Positions 1-9,609 of a stretch of 13,320 nt of DNA are shown piece by piece (position 1 is the stretch's first letter; each line of letters opens with the position of its first letter). Source of the DNA: Kofleriaceae bacterium (lineage in GTDB: Bacteria; Myxococcota_A; Polyangia; Haliangiales; Haliangiaceae); contig JBKJLC010000295.1 in the NCBI GenBank assembly GCA_046597055.1, positions 1 through 13,320 on the forward strand, read 5' to 3'. The position numbers were made by a program, and so were the translations under genes. Below the pieces are notes generated by a model, which saw only the letters and a list, made by a program, of their open reading frames with translations, was not told the origin of the DNA and did no database searches.

Positions 1-1311
1 CGCGGTCGAGTCGGAGCAGTCGTCGTTGCTGACGTTGTACGCGCGCTGGGCGTTGTCGCGCACCGAGGTGATCACCGGGTCGCCACCGGGGGATGCCGAC
101 GGCTGGCACAGCGTGAACAGGTACGAGCCGAACGGGTCGATGCCGTAGATCTGGTCGGTCCAGCAGCGGTCGAGCCCGGCGGTGTAGTCGACCGGGTTGG
201 GCCACTCCATCTCCTCCCAGCGCGCCCCCGAGCACTCGCGGTCGTTGCCGCTGCCGCAGCCGCCGTTGGGATCGAACGCGCAGCAGCTGTCGTCGTTGAT
301 GCCGCAGGTGGTCACCGGCACGTGGCAGCGCAGGTTGCACGTCTGCGCCGAGCCGCTCGTCGTATAGCAGGTCTGGGTCTCGCTGCAGGTGGGGCAGCTG
401 CCGGGCGGGTCGCAGGTCTCGCCAGGCTCGACGACGCCGTTGTTGCACGCGGCGGCGCAGTCGTTGTCGGTAATGGCGTCGCAGCCGGTCGGACAGCACC
501 CGTCGTTGTTGGCACACGCGGTCTGCTGGCCGCCGTCGACGCATGCCGCCTGGCAGGTGCCCGGGTTCTCCACCGTGCGCAGCTGGCAACCGTTCGACGC
601 ACACGACGTCGGACAGGTGTTGAGCGGATCGCAGGTCTCGTTGGCCTCGACCACGCCGTTGCCGCAGCCGGGCTGGCAGTCGGTATCGTTGACGGAGTTG
701 CAGCCGGCGGGGCAGCACCCGTCGCCGCTCGCGCACTGGTCCTGCAGGCCGGTGTTCTCGCAGGTCACCTGACAGCCGGTGCCCTGCAGCGCGCGCAGCT
801 GGCAGCCGACCTGCGGGCAGCGGGTCGGACACCCCGCGCCCTCGCACGCCTCGCCGCGCTCGACCTCGCCGTTGCCACACACCGGGGCACAGTCGCCGTC
901 GCTGTTGGCGTTGCACCCGGTGGCGCAGCAGTCGTCGCCGTTCTGGCACTGCTGCTGCGCGCCGGCCGGCGCACACTGCGCGAAGCAGGTGCCGGGCTGC
1001 TCGAGCGTGAACAGATTGCAGCCCTGGGCCGCGCAGCGGGTCGGGCAGTTGGCGAGCGGATCACAGCGCTCGCCGGGCTCGAGCATGCCGTTGCCGCAGA
1101 TCGCGGCGCAGTCGAGGTCGTTGCTCGCGTTGCAGGCGGTCGGACAGCAGCTGTCGACCATCGGGCTGCACGCGCGATCGTCGCACGCGACCGGGCCGTC
1201 CCCGGCCGCCGCATCGGACGCGGCGGCATCGACGAAGGACGCCTTCACCTCCCCGCACGCCGCCGCCACGCACACGACTGCCACGACGCACCACCAGCGC
1301 ACTGACCCCAT
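1..1311 (-). CDS. Cys-rich repeat lipoprotein (myxobacterial CGNGxxExxExC-type repeats), 3' end truncated by the window edge
   Basis: Not in the ORF track. Translated by hand from ATG at 1311 with no stop down to base 1 (437 codons): MGSVRWWCVVAVVCVAAAC-GEVKAS... (signal peptide with lipobox-like AAAC). Four ~71-73-aa repeats with about 12 Cys each, containing CCxxxCxxxxDxDCxxxC(G/N)NGxxExxExC. The last residues DPVITSVRD...SNDDC resemble the NDD motif of PPC-like domains. Third codon positions are strongly G/C. Confidence 0.9.
   Translation of the reverse strand, partial: MGSVRWWCVVAVVCVAAACGEVKASFVDAAASDAAAGDGPVACDDRACSPMVDSCCPTACNASNDLDCAAICGNGMLEPGERCDPLANCPTRCAAQGCNLFTLEQPGTCFAQCAPAGAQQQCQNGDDCCATGCNANSDGDCAPVCGNGEVERGEACEGAGCPTRCPQVGCQLRALQGTGCQVTCENTGLQDQCASGDGCCPAGCNSVNDTDCQPGCGNGVVEANETCDPLNTCPTSCASNGCQLRTVENPGTCQAACVDGGQQTACANNDGCCPTGCDAITDNDCAAACNNGVVEPGETCDPPGSCPTCSETQTCYTTSGSAQTCNLRCHVPVTTCGINDDSCCAFDPNGGCGSGNDRECSGARWEEMEWPNPVDYTAGLDRCWTDQIYGIDPFGSYLFTLCQPSASPGGDPVITSVRDNAQRAYNVSNDDCSDSTA
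280..1149 (-). repeat. Tandem intragenic Cys-rich repeats, 213-219 bp period
   Basis: CC dipeptide codons at 1144-1149, 925-930, 712-717, 493-498 and 280-285 (spacings 219, 213, 219, 213 bp). Confidence 0.85.
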
Positions 1312-1401
1312 GTCCCACCCTACGCCCGGGCGGGCGGGCGGTCAGCTCAATCGTGCGATCTGCGAACCGGGCCACACCACCGGGCAATCGTGGCCCGCTG
1401 G

Positions 1402-1844
1402 TCAGGCCGGCGGGGGCGGCGGGTAGGACGGGCAGCGTGCCAGGAACCACACGCCGTACGCCATGATCGCGGCGGTCACCGCGATCCCGGGCCACGGCAC
1501 CCGCCCGCTGACGATCATCCAGGTCAGGCTGGCCGCCATCGAGGTCCACGCGATCAGCTTGGCCGACCACGGCACCACCCGGTGCGCTCGCCACCGCCGC
1601 AGCGGCGCGCCGAACCGCGGATGGCCGAGCAGCCAGGCCTCGAGCCGGGCCGAGCTCTGCGAGAACGCCCACAGCGCCAGCAGCATGAACGGCGTCGCCG
1701 GCACGATCGGCAGCACGATGCCGGCCACGCCGAGCGCGAAGAACACCCAGCCGAGGCCGGCCCAGGCCAGCCGCGCGACCCGCGACCGGGACCGTGGGGG
1801 CGGCACCGGTGGCGCTGCATCCGCCGGCTCGGCCGGCGGCTTCA

Positions 1845-1845
<1 letters not shown>
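1402..1845 (-). CDS. ybaN: YbaN / DUF454 family inner membrane protein
   Basis: C-terminal part of track ORF 1402..2472: LGWVFFALGVAGIVLPIVPATPFMLLALWAFSQSSARLEAWLLGHPRFGAPLRRW matches the DUF454 pattern (G..G..LP..PTTPF.LLA...F..SS.R...WL..H..FGP....W). Likely start is GTG at 1845, overlapping the kamA TAG by 1 nt (TAGTG); 147 aa. Confidence 0.88.
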
Positions 1846-3284
<1,439 letters not shown>

Positions 3285-3311
3285 GATGGTCTCCGAAAGC
3301 GATCCCGCGCC

Positions 3312-3426
3312 GTGCCTGGGTGGTGGCTGGCAACGACGGGGCCCGCAGAACTGCCGAGGAAGTACGTGAGCGTTCGAGGCGCTCTACCGGACGTCAGGCA
3401 GGTGCGGGACGTTGCCGCCCAGGTAC
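3312..3426. promoter_or_regulatory. Nested multi-helix inverted-repeat structure upstream of kamA (candidate attenuator or structured RNA)
   Basis: Colinear pairs: GTGCCTGGG 3312-3320 / CCCAGGTAC 3418-3426; GGCAACG 3329-3335 / CGTTGCC 3410-3416; CCCGCA 3342-3347 / TGCGGG 3403-3408; CTGCC 3351-3355 / GGCAG 3397-3401; ACGT 3364-3367 / ACGT 3391-3394; GAGCG 3368-3372 / CGCTC 3380-3384. Confidence 0.55.
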
Positions 3427-3431
3427 CACAT
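3384..3431 (-). CDS. Putative leader peptide (uORF) MWYLGGNVPHLPDVR upstream of kamA
   Basis: ATG 3431 to TAG 3384, 15 aa (alternative ATG at 3440 gives 18 aa). Nearly all codons end in G/C. A TACTAT -10-like hexamer (3439-3444, minus strand) lies 7 nt upstream. Confidence 0.35.
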   Translation of the reverse strand: MWYLGGNVPHLPDVR

Positions 3432-3672
3432 GGTCAGCATAGTAACGGACCGGTTTTACAAGGCAAGCACCTCGCGTGGTGCAGTGCGCCATCGGCGGTG
3501 CGAGTTCGCAGGATGCCGTGCCAGTTCCTCGGCGCCACCGACGAGCCGTGCCGTCAGCGCGCGATCGCGCGCGGCCGCGGCGACATGGTGTCGCGGCCGC
3601 GCCCTGTGCCGTCGGTCACCGCTCGCCGACGGCATGGGGGCGACCGGCCGAAGCGAGGTAGGATGATGGTCC

Positions 3673-5136
3673 ATGGGCTGGCGTGTGTGCATCCTCGACA
3701 TCGTCCTCGCGGCAGGGTGCGTCAAGACCGCCGCCTACCAGTGCGGCGTCGCCGCCGACTGCGGCCCGACCGGCGCGTGCGTCGCGGCGGCCGATGGCCG
3801 CTCGTACTGCGCGGCCCCGGCCGACGACTGCAGCGGCGGCCTGCGGTTCTCGGCCTCGGCCGGCGCCTACGCCGGTGAGTGCGTGGAGGGCACCGGTGAC
3901 GGCGACGGCCCGGTCGCCTCGTCGCCGGGCGCGTGCTTCGTCGGTGACCGGCTGCCGCGGGTGGCCGCGACCTGCACCGCGCGCGTCTGCGACCAGCTGT
4001 CGTCATGCTGCGAGACGAGCTGGACCCGGGCGTGCGTGCGGCTCGCCGAGGTCGAGTGCGACCTCGCGTGTGGCGCCCGGGTCGCCTGGGCCGGGGACGG
4101 TCAGGTCGAGGTGACCGACTTCGCGTCCGGCGCGCCGGGCACGGTGGTCGCGACCGCGGCACCGTCGTACGGCACCGCCGGGCAGGCCTACCGCAGCAGC
4201 TACTGGCTCGACATCGACCGCGACGGCCAGCCCGAGCTGGTGGCGGCGACCGCGACCGGCTCCGTTGGCGGTGACGAGCAGCTCGTCCTGCGCGCGAGCG
4301 GCACCGGCTGGACGATCCTCCGCGATCTGCGCCAGCTCGACCTGACCGGCTACGACGGGTTCGACGTCGCCGCCGGCGACTACGATCGCGACGGCACCAT
4401 CGACCTGGCGCTGGCGGGCGGCTCGCCCGGGGTCGTGCTGTTCCACGGCGACACGCGCCCGCCGCCGTTCGTGGCCGGTGCCGCGGTCCCGCCCGAGATC
4501 GCGAACTACTTCACGTCGTCGATCGACATGGGCGACTTCGACAACGACGGCGACGACGATCTCGCGATCCTCGACTACAACGATGGCACCGGCAAGGTGC
4601 TCCGATGGACCGGCGCCGCGTTCGAGGGCAACGCCACCGCGCCGAGCTTCGGGACCACGGTGACCAAGCGCCGGGTCAGCTTCGGCGATGTCGACGGCGA
4701 CCGCGACCTCGACGTCGCCGTGGTCGGCGGCACCCAGGCGCGGGTGCTGCGCAACGACGCCGGGGTGCTCACGCCGCTGTGGAGCTTCGACCGCGCGGGC
4801 TCGGACTTCTCCGAGGCGGCCTGGATCGACGCCGACGGCGACCGCGACCAGGATCTGGTCCTGGGCGACCTCGGCTTCGGCGGCGGGACCCTGCTCATGT
4901 TCGCGAACACCGGGGCCACGCTCGACGACCGCGAGATCTACACGTCGGTCGATCGCGAAGACGTGTGGCGGATCGCGGTCGGCGACATCGACGGCGACGG
5001 CGACCTCGACCTGGCGCTGGCCGAGGAGGTGAAGCCGAACCGGATCTACCTCAACGACGGCAACATGGGCTTCGTGGTCGGATGGACCGCGCCGGTGGCG
5101 CGCAAGACCTTCGGTGTGGCCGTGACGCGGCCATGA
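3673..5136 (+). CDS. Cys-rich FG-GAP/VCBS repeat lipoprotein (paralog 1)
   Basis: Signal with lipobox-like LAAGC. N-terminal Cys modules (YQC...DC...GAC...YCA...C.GGL.F; VCD.L.SCC..SWTR.CV.LAE.EC). Six DxDxDG-type repeats (DIDRDGQPEL, GDYDRDGTIDL, GDFDNDGDDDL, GDVDGDRDLDV, DADGDRDQDL, GDIDGDGDLDL) and NRIYLNDG. Confidence 0.88.
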   Translation: MGWRVCILDIVLAAGCVKTAAYQCGVAADCGPTGACVAAADGRSYCAAPADDCSGGLRFSASAGAYAGECVEGTGDGDGPVASSPGACFVGDRLPRVAATCTARVCDQLSSCCETSWTRACVRLAEVECDLACGARVAWAGDGQVEVTDFASGAPGTVVATAAPSYGTAGQAYRSSYWLDIDRDGQPELVAATATGSVGGDEQLVLRASGTGWTILRDLRQLDLTGYDGFDVAAGDYDRDGTIDLALAGGSPGVVLFHGDTRPPPFVAGAAVPPEIANYFTSSIDMGDFDNDGDDDLAILDYNDGTGKVLRWTGAAFEGNATAPSFGTTVTKRRVSFGDVDGDRDLDVAVVGGTQARVLRNDAGVLTPLWSFDRAGSDFSEAAWIDADGDRDQDLVLGDLGFGGGTLLMFANTGATLDDREIYTSVDREDVWRIAVGDIDGDGDLDLALAEEVKPNRIYLNDGNMGFVVGWTAPVARKTFGVAVTRP

Positions 5137-6689
5137 GCGCGCGCCGTCGACGCCCGGCGGTGCGGCTCGGGCTCGCGGTCATCGCCATGACGATGGCCGC
5201 GTGCGCGAAACCCGGTGCGTACCAGTGCCTGACGGCGACCGACTGCGGCGTGGCCGGCGCCTGCGCGGTCGCCGACGACGGCCGGCGCTACTGCGCGTTC
5301 CCGTCGTCGACCTGCCCGGGCGGGCTGGCGTTCGGGGACCAGGCCGGCAGTCAGGCCGGCGTGTGCGTCGCGGGCGAGGTCGACGCCGGGCCCGACGGCA
5401 TGCCCGACGCGCTCGATGGGCCCGCGCCGGTGCGGATCGCGGCCGAGTGCGTGCCCGGGCTGGCGATCGCGCCGGCGGTGACCGCGTGCCCGGCCGTGTG
5501 CGACCGGCTGCCGTCGTGCTGCGTCGCGAGCTGGACGCGGATGTGCGTGCAGCTCGCCGAGATCGAGTGCGACCTGACCTGCGGCAGCCGGGTCGCGTTC
5601 GCCTCGACCAGCGCGGTCGATGTCTACGACGTCACGGCCACCGGGGTCGGCGACGCCATCGCGGTGACGCCGCTGCCGGGGTTCGGCACCGCCGGCCAGT
5701 TCTACCGCTCGGTCGCCTGGGCCGACTTCGAGCGCGACCGCACGCCCGAGTTGGTGGTGACCACCGCCAGCGGCAACGTCGGCGGCGACGAGATGTGGCT
5801 GCTCCATCCCGGCGCGACCCCGCCGGAGGTGACCAACCTGCGCCCGCTCCATCCCGGGTACGAAGGCTTCGAGGTCGTCACCGGCGACTACGATCACGAC
5901 GGCCGGCTCGACGTGATCCTGGCCGGGATCTCCCCGGGGGTGGAGCTGTTCCGCGCTCTGGACCCGGCCACCCGGTTCGAGCTCGGCGCCCCGGTGCCCG
6001 CCCCGGTCGACGGCTACCTCGGCAGCAGCGTCGACGTCGGCGACCACGACAACGACGGCGACGACGATCTGGTGGCGCTCGACTACACCACGGGCACCGG
6101 GCGCGTCCTCTGGTGGCAGGACGATCGGTTCGTGCTGGGGCCTGGCTTCGTCACCGGCGAGGTCCCCCGGCGGGTCGCGTTCGGCGACGTCGATGGCGAC
6201 CACGACCTCGACCTCGCGATCGCCGTGGAAGGCGGCGTGCGCGTGCTGCGCACGGACATCACGACCGACGGCACCGGCACGGTGATCACGCTGAGCGAGC
6301 TGTGGTCGCACAGCGTCCCGGGCTCGGATTTCACCGATGCCGCCTGGATCGACGTCGACGGCGACCGCGACCTCGATCTCGCGGTGGTCGAGGCGCCGTT
6401 CAACGGCGGGCCGGTCCGCATCTTCGAGAACGACCCGGTGCCCGCCAACGGGGGCCGCCGGTTCCCCGCGGTGGCGAGCTGGACCTCGGTGACGCGGGTG
6501 GCGGCCGCCCGGCTCGCGGTCGGTGATGTCGATGGCGACGGCGATCTCGATCTCGCGGTCGCCGACACCGACGGGCCCAACACGATCTATCTCAACGACG
6601 GGGACGCCGAGGACCTGTCGTTTTCGGTCGGGTGGACCGCGCCGGAGGCCCGGGGGTTCTCCTACGGCGTCGCGCTGACGGCGCGGTAG
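5133..6689 (+). CDS. Cys-rich FG-GAP/VCBS repeat lipoprotein (paralog 2)
   Basis: Start taken as ATG at 5133, overlapping the upstream TGA (ATGA). MSARRRRPAVRLGLAVIAMTMAAC signal with lipobox. Same domain order as 3673..5136; 518 aa. Confidence 0.88.
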   Translation: MSARRRRPAVRLGLAVIAMTMAACAKPGAYQCLTATDCGVAGACAVADDGRRYCAFPSSTCPGGLAFGDQAGSQAGVCVAGEVDAGPDGMPDALDGPAPVRIAAECVPGLAIAPAVTACPAVCDRLPSCCVASWTRMCVQLAEIECDLTCGSRVAFASTSAVDVYDVTATGVGDAIAVTPLPGFGTAGQFYRSVAWADFERDRTPELVVTTASGNVGGDEMWLLHPGATPPEVTNLRPLHPGYEGFEVVTGDYDHDGRLDVILAGISPGVELFRALDPATRFELGAPVPAPVDGYLGSSVDVGDHDNDGDDDLVALDYTTGTGRVLWWQDDRFVLGPGFVTGEVPRRVAFGDVDGDHDLDLAIAVEGGVRVLRTDITTDGTGTVITLSELWSHSVPGSDFTDAAWIDVDGDRDLDLAVVEAPFNGGPVRIFENDPVPANGGRRFPAVASWTSVTRVAAARLAVGDVDGDGDLDLAVADTDGPNTIYLNDGDAEDLSFSVGWTAPEARGFSYGVALTAR

Positions 6690-6795
6690 CCACGGCGTCC
6701 GGGCGCGGTGGCACCGGCGCGGCCGTTGGGCTGGCCGGGGTGGCGGCGGCGCCGCTCGCGGACGACGCGGTCGGTGGCTTGTCGCGACGCAGTCC

Positions 6796-7242
6796 CTAAC
6801 GGCGGCCGAGGCGGATCGGACCCTCGTCGGCGGGCGTGACGGTGCGCGCGGCGGCCGCCTCGTGGTCGCACTCGGAGCCGCGGTCTGCGGTGACCTGCGC
6901 GCGCAGCGCCTGCGTGTGCCCGACGATCGCCTCGACCACGGCGGCGGGGACGTCGTGGGCGGCCATCGCGTGCTTCAGGAGCTGGAGCCGTCGATCGAAG
7001 TGGCCGCCCAGGATCGGATGGCGGGCATGGGCCTCGCGCATCGAGCGTCCGGTATACCGGACATCGGCTGCGCCCAGGATCCGGGCGGTGAGCTCCCACT
7101 CGCGCTGGACGAGGCGCGCCTGATCCTGACCCACGAACAGGTAGCCGATCATCACGTCCGCAAAGATGCGGTCGTAGAAGTCGGTCATGACCGCGCGCAG
7201 GCGGTCACCGCCGATCTGATCGAACAAGCTGGGCTCGGACAT
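6796..7242 (-). CDS. Group 1 truncated hemoglobin (2/2 globin, trHbN-like)
   Basis: MSEPSLFDQIGG (GG motif), DFYDRI (B9-B10 Phe-Tyr), YTGRSMREAH (proximal His F8), HFD. Start ATG at 7242; 148 aa. Confidence 0.88.
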   Translation of the reverse strand: MSEPSLFDQIGGDRLRAVMTDFYDRIFADVMIGYLFVGQDQARLVQREWELTARILGAADVRYTGRSMREAHARHPILGGHFDRRLQLLKHAMAAHDVPAAVVEAIVGHTQALRAQVTADRGSECDHEAAAARTVTPADEGPIRLGRR

Positions 7243-7333
7243 GCGTCTGCCAAGAGTGGGGCGCTCGGGACCCGGACGCAAGCGAGGACCGACCTGGCGC
7301 GCTGACTCGGAATCGCCGACGGCGACCGGTGGC

Positions 7334-9547
7334 TCAGATCGGTGCGGCGCCGGCACGCGGGCTCGCGTCGGGCTCGCCCGCGGTGCGCACCGCGCTGGCG
7401 CGCTCGACCGTGACGCTGACCCCGGACAGGGCCGCGGTCCCCGACAGCAGATCCACGAACCCCTCGTCGGTGACGTCGTTGATCGACGCGCCGGCGTGCG
7501 CGGTCGCGACCGCGGTCCGGGTGCCCGCACGATCATGACCCCAGCCGTGCGGCAGGCTGACGACGCCGGGCATCATCGCGTCGGCGAGCTCGACCGGCAC
7601 GGTGATCGACCCGGTGCGCGAGCCGAGCCGGACCGGGTCACCGTCGACCAGGCCGCGCGCGGCGGCGTCGGTCGGGTGCATGAGCAGCGTGCAGCGCGGC
7701 TTGCCCTTCACCAGGCGCGCGCTGTTGTGCAGCCACGAGTTGTTGCTGCGCAGGTGGCGGCGGCCGATCAAGAGCAGCTCGCCGGGCGCGCGCGGGCGCG
7801 ACCAGTCGGCGAGCCGGCGCTCGAGGCGCGGCAGGTCGGTCAGGTACACCGGCGGCGTGAGCTTGATGCGGTGGTCGGGCGTGTTCAGCCGGGCCGGGAG
7901 CCGCGGCTCGAGCGCGCCGAGGTCGACGCCGTGCGGCTGCGCGCGCAGCTTCGCCAGCGACAGGCCGGCGGTGCCCTTGCGCAGGCCGTGGGGCCCGGCG
8001 CGCAGCCCGGCCTCGAGGATCGCCTCGGGTCCGAGCGCGAGCAGCGCGCGCCGCGCCGCCTTGCGCGCCAGCCCGAGCGGCCCGGCCGGGACCTTGAGGC
8101 GGGTCAGCAGCTCGGCGCAGATCTCCCAGTCGTGGCGCTGGTCGGGCCCGCGCTCGAACAGCGGCGGCGAGTACTTGGCGACGTTGCGCACCGAGAACGC
8201 GGCCAGCGCGACGTCGTAGTGCGAGCGCTCGAGCGACGACGTCGGCGGCAAGATCACGTCGGCGTGGCGGGTGGTCTCGTTGAGGTATGGATCGATCGAG
8301 ACCATGAAGTCGAGCCGGTCGAGCGCGGCGTCGAGGCGGCGGCCGTTGGGCGCCGACAGCACCGGGTTGCCGGCGACCGTGATCAGCGCGCGGATCTGGC
8401 CGTCGCCCGGGGTCTCGATCTCCTCGGCCAAGGTCACCACCGGCAGCTCGCCGCCGAACTCGGGCAGGCCGCGGACCCGGCTGGTCCAGCGCGCGTGGCC
8501 GCCGTCGAAGCCGATCCGGCGCGCCAGCGGCAGGATGTCGATCGCTGGCGTGGTGAACATGAGCCCGCCGGGCGCGTCGAGGCGGCCGGTGACCACGTTG
8601 ACCGCGTAGCACAGCCACGCGGCCAGCCCGCCGAGCTCCTGCGTGCACACGCCGAGGCGGCCGTAGCAGACCGCGCGCGGCGCGGCGGCCAGCTCGCGGG
8701 CGACGGTGCGGACGTCGGCGGCGGTGATGCCGGTCGCGGCCGCGGTCGCCTCGGGATCGAACCGGGCCACGATCGCCCCCAGCTCGTCGAGGCCGTCGGT
8801 GAACGCGGCCAGCCGGCCAGGCTGGACCAGTCGCTCGGCATAGAGCACGTGGAGCAGCGACAGCAGGAAGACCGCGTCGGTGCCGGGCCGGATGAACAGG
8901 TGGCGGTCGGCGGCCTCGGCGGTCTCGGTGCGGCGCGGATCGACGACGATCACCTTGCCCCCGCGGGCGCGGATCGCCTTGAGCCGGGACTTCACGTCGG
9001 GCGCCGTCATGATGCTGCCGTTCGACACCAGCGGGTTGCCGCCGAGGATCAGCATGTAGTCAGTGCGATCGATGTCGGGCACCGCCATCAGCAGCTGGTC
9101 GCCGAACATCATCAGCGCGGCGAGCATGTGGGGCAGCTGGTCGGCCGAGGTCGCCGAGAACAGGTTGCGGGTGCCCAGGAACCGGAACAGCAGCTGGCCG
9201 AAGGTGAGGAGCCCGAGGTTGTGCGCGGTCGGGTTGCCCTGGTAGACCGCGACCGCGTGCGGGCCGTGCGCCGCCTGGGCCGCCTGCAGGCGACCGGCGA
9301 CCAGGTCGAACGCCTCGTCCCAGCCGATCTCGCGCCAGCGGTCCCCCTCACGGACCATCGGGTGGCGCAGCCGGTCGGGGTCGTGGTGGAGGTCGGCGAG
9401 CGCGGTCGCCTTCGGGCAGATGTAGCCCTTCGAGAACGGATCGGCCTCGTCACCGCGGACGGCGACGACCTGGTCGCCCTCGACCTCGATCGCGACACCG
9501 CACGTGGCCTCGCACAGCGTACAACTGCGATAGTGAGTGACGGGCAT
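7334..9547 (-). CDS. Molybdopterin (Mo/W-bis-PGD, DMSO-reductase family) oxidoreductase catalytic subunit, uncharacterized clade
   Basis: Start ATG 9547, MPVTHYRSCTLCEATCG...GYICPKA (N-terminal 4Fe-4S motif); GGNPLVSNGS; VVDPRRTETA; IRPGTD; NETTRHADVILP; C-terminal LLIGRRHLRSNNSWLHN...MHPTDA...VVSLPHGWG. No twin-arginine leader. 737 aa. Confidence 0.92.
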   Translation of the reverse strand: MPVTHYRSCTLCEATCGVAIEVEGDQVVAVRGDEADPFSKGYICPKATALADLHHDPDRLRHPMVREGDRWREIGWDEAFDLVAGRLQAAQAAHGPHAVAVYQGNPTAHNLGLLTFGQLLFRFLGTRNLFSATSADQLPHMLAALMMFGDQLLMAVPDIDRTDYMLILGGNPLVSNGSIMTAPDVKSRLKAIRARGGKVIVVDPRRTETAEAADRHLFIRPGTDAVFLLSLLHVLYAERLVQPGRLAAFTDGLDELGAIVARFDPEATAAATGITAADVRTVARELAAAPRAVCYGRLGVCTQELGGLAAWLCYAVNVVTGRLDAPGGLMFTTPAIDILPLARRIGFDGGHARWTSRVRGLPEFGGELPVVTLAEEIETPGDGQIRALITVAGNPVLSAPNGRRLDAALDRLDFMVSIDPYLNETTRHADVILPPTSSLERSHYDVALAAFSVRNVAKYSPPLFERGPDQRHDWEICAELLTRLKVPAGPLGLARKAARRALLALGPEAILEAGLRAGPHGLRKGTAGLSLAKLRAQPHGVDLGALEPRLPARLNTPDHRIKLTPPVYLTDLPRLERRLADWSRPRAPGELLLIGRRHLRSNNSWLHNSARLVKGKPRCTLLMHPTDAAARGLVDGDPVRLGSRTGSITVPVELADAMMPGVVSLPHGWGHDRAGTRTAVATAHAGASINDVTDEGFVDLLSGTAALSGVSVTVERASAVRTAGEPDASPRAGAAPI

Positions 9548-9609
9548 GGGCGCGAACTCTACCGCGAGGCGCCGCCGGTGCGCGCGCCGCGTTTGCGCCG
9601 CGGCCTGAG

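Noticed and set aside
3384..3386. Pyrrolysine codon
   Set aside because: No pyl genes in the window, and the downstream in-frame codons do not look coding.
3285..3450. Lysine riboswitch, SRP RNA or retron ncRNA upstream of kamA
   Set aside because: No lysine-riboswitch consensus elements in the right order on the kamA strand, no SRP GGAA domain-IV motif, and no reverse transcriptase nearby. Kept only as an unclassified structure.
4605..5132. N-terminal extension of the second FG-GAP gene (also the extensions of 1402..2472, 6796..7536 and 10931..12640)
   Set aside because: These overlap neighbouring genes out of frame or run through intergenic DNA with low-complexity translations. Better starts with signal peptides or stop/start overlaps lie downstream.
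4200..6600. Recurring gacggcgac/gacctcgac nucleotide repeats as a CRISPR or DNA repeat array
   Set aside because: They encode the DxDxDG FG-GAP protein repeats, with irregular spacing and no identical repeat-spacer pattern.
6690..6795. Intrinsic terminator between the convergent genes
   Set aside because: Only weak GC-rich pairings and no U-tract on either strand.
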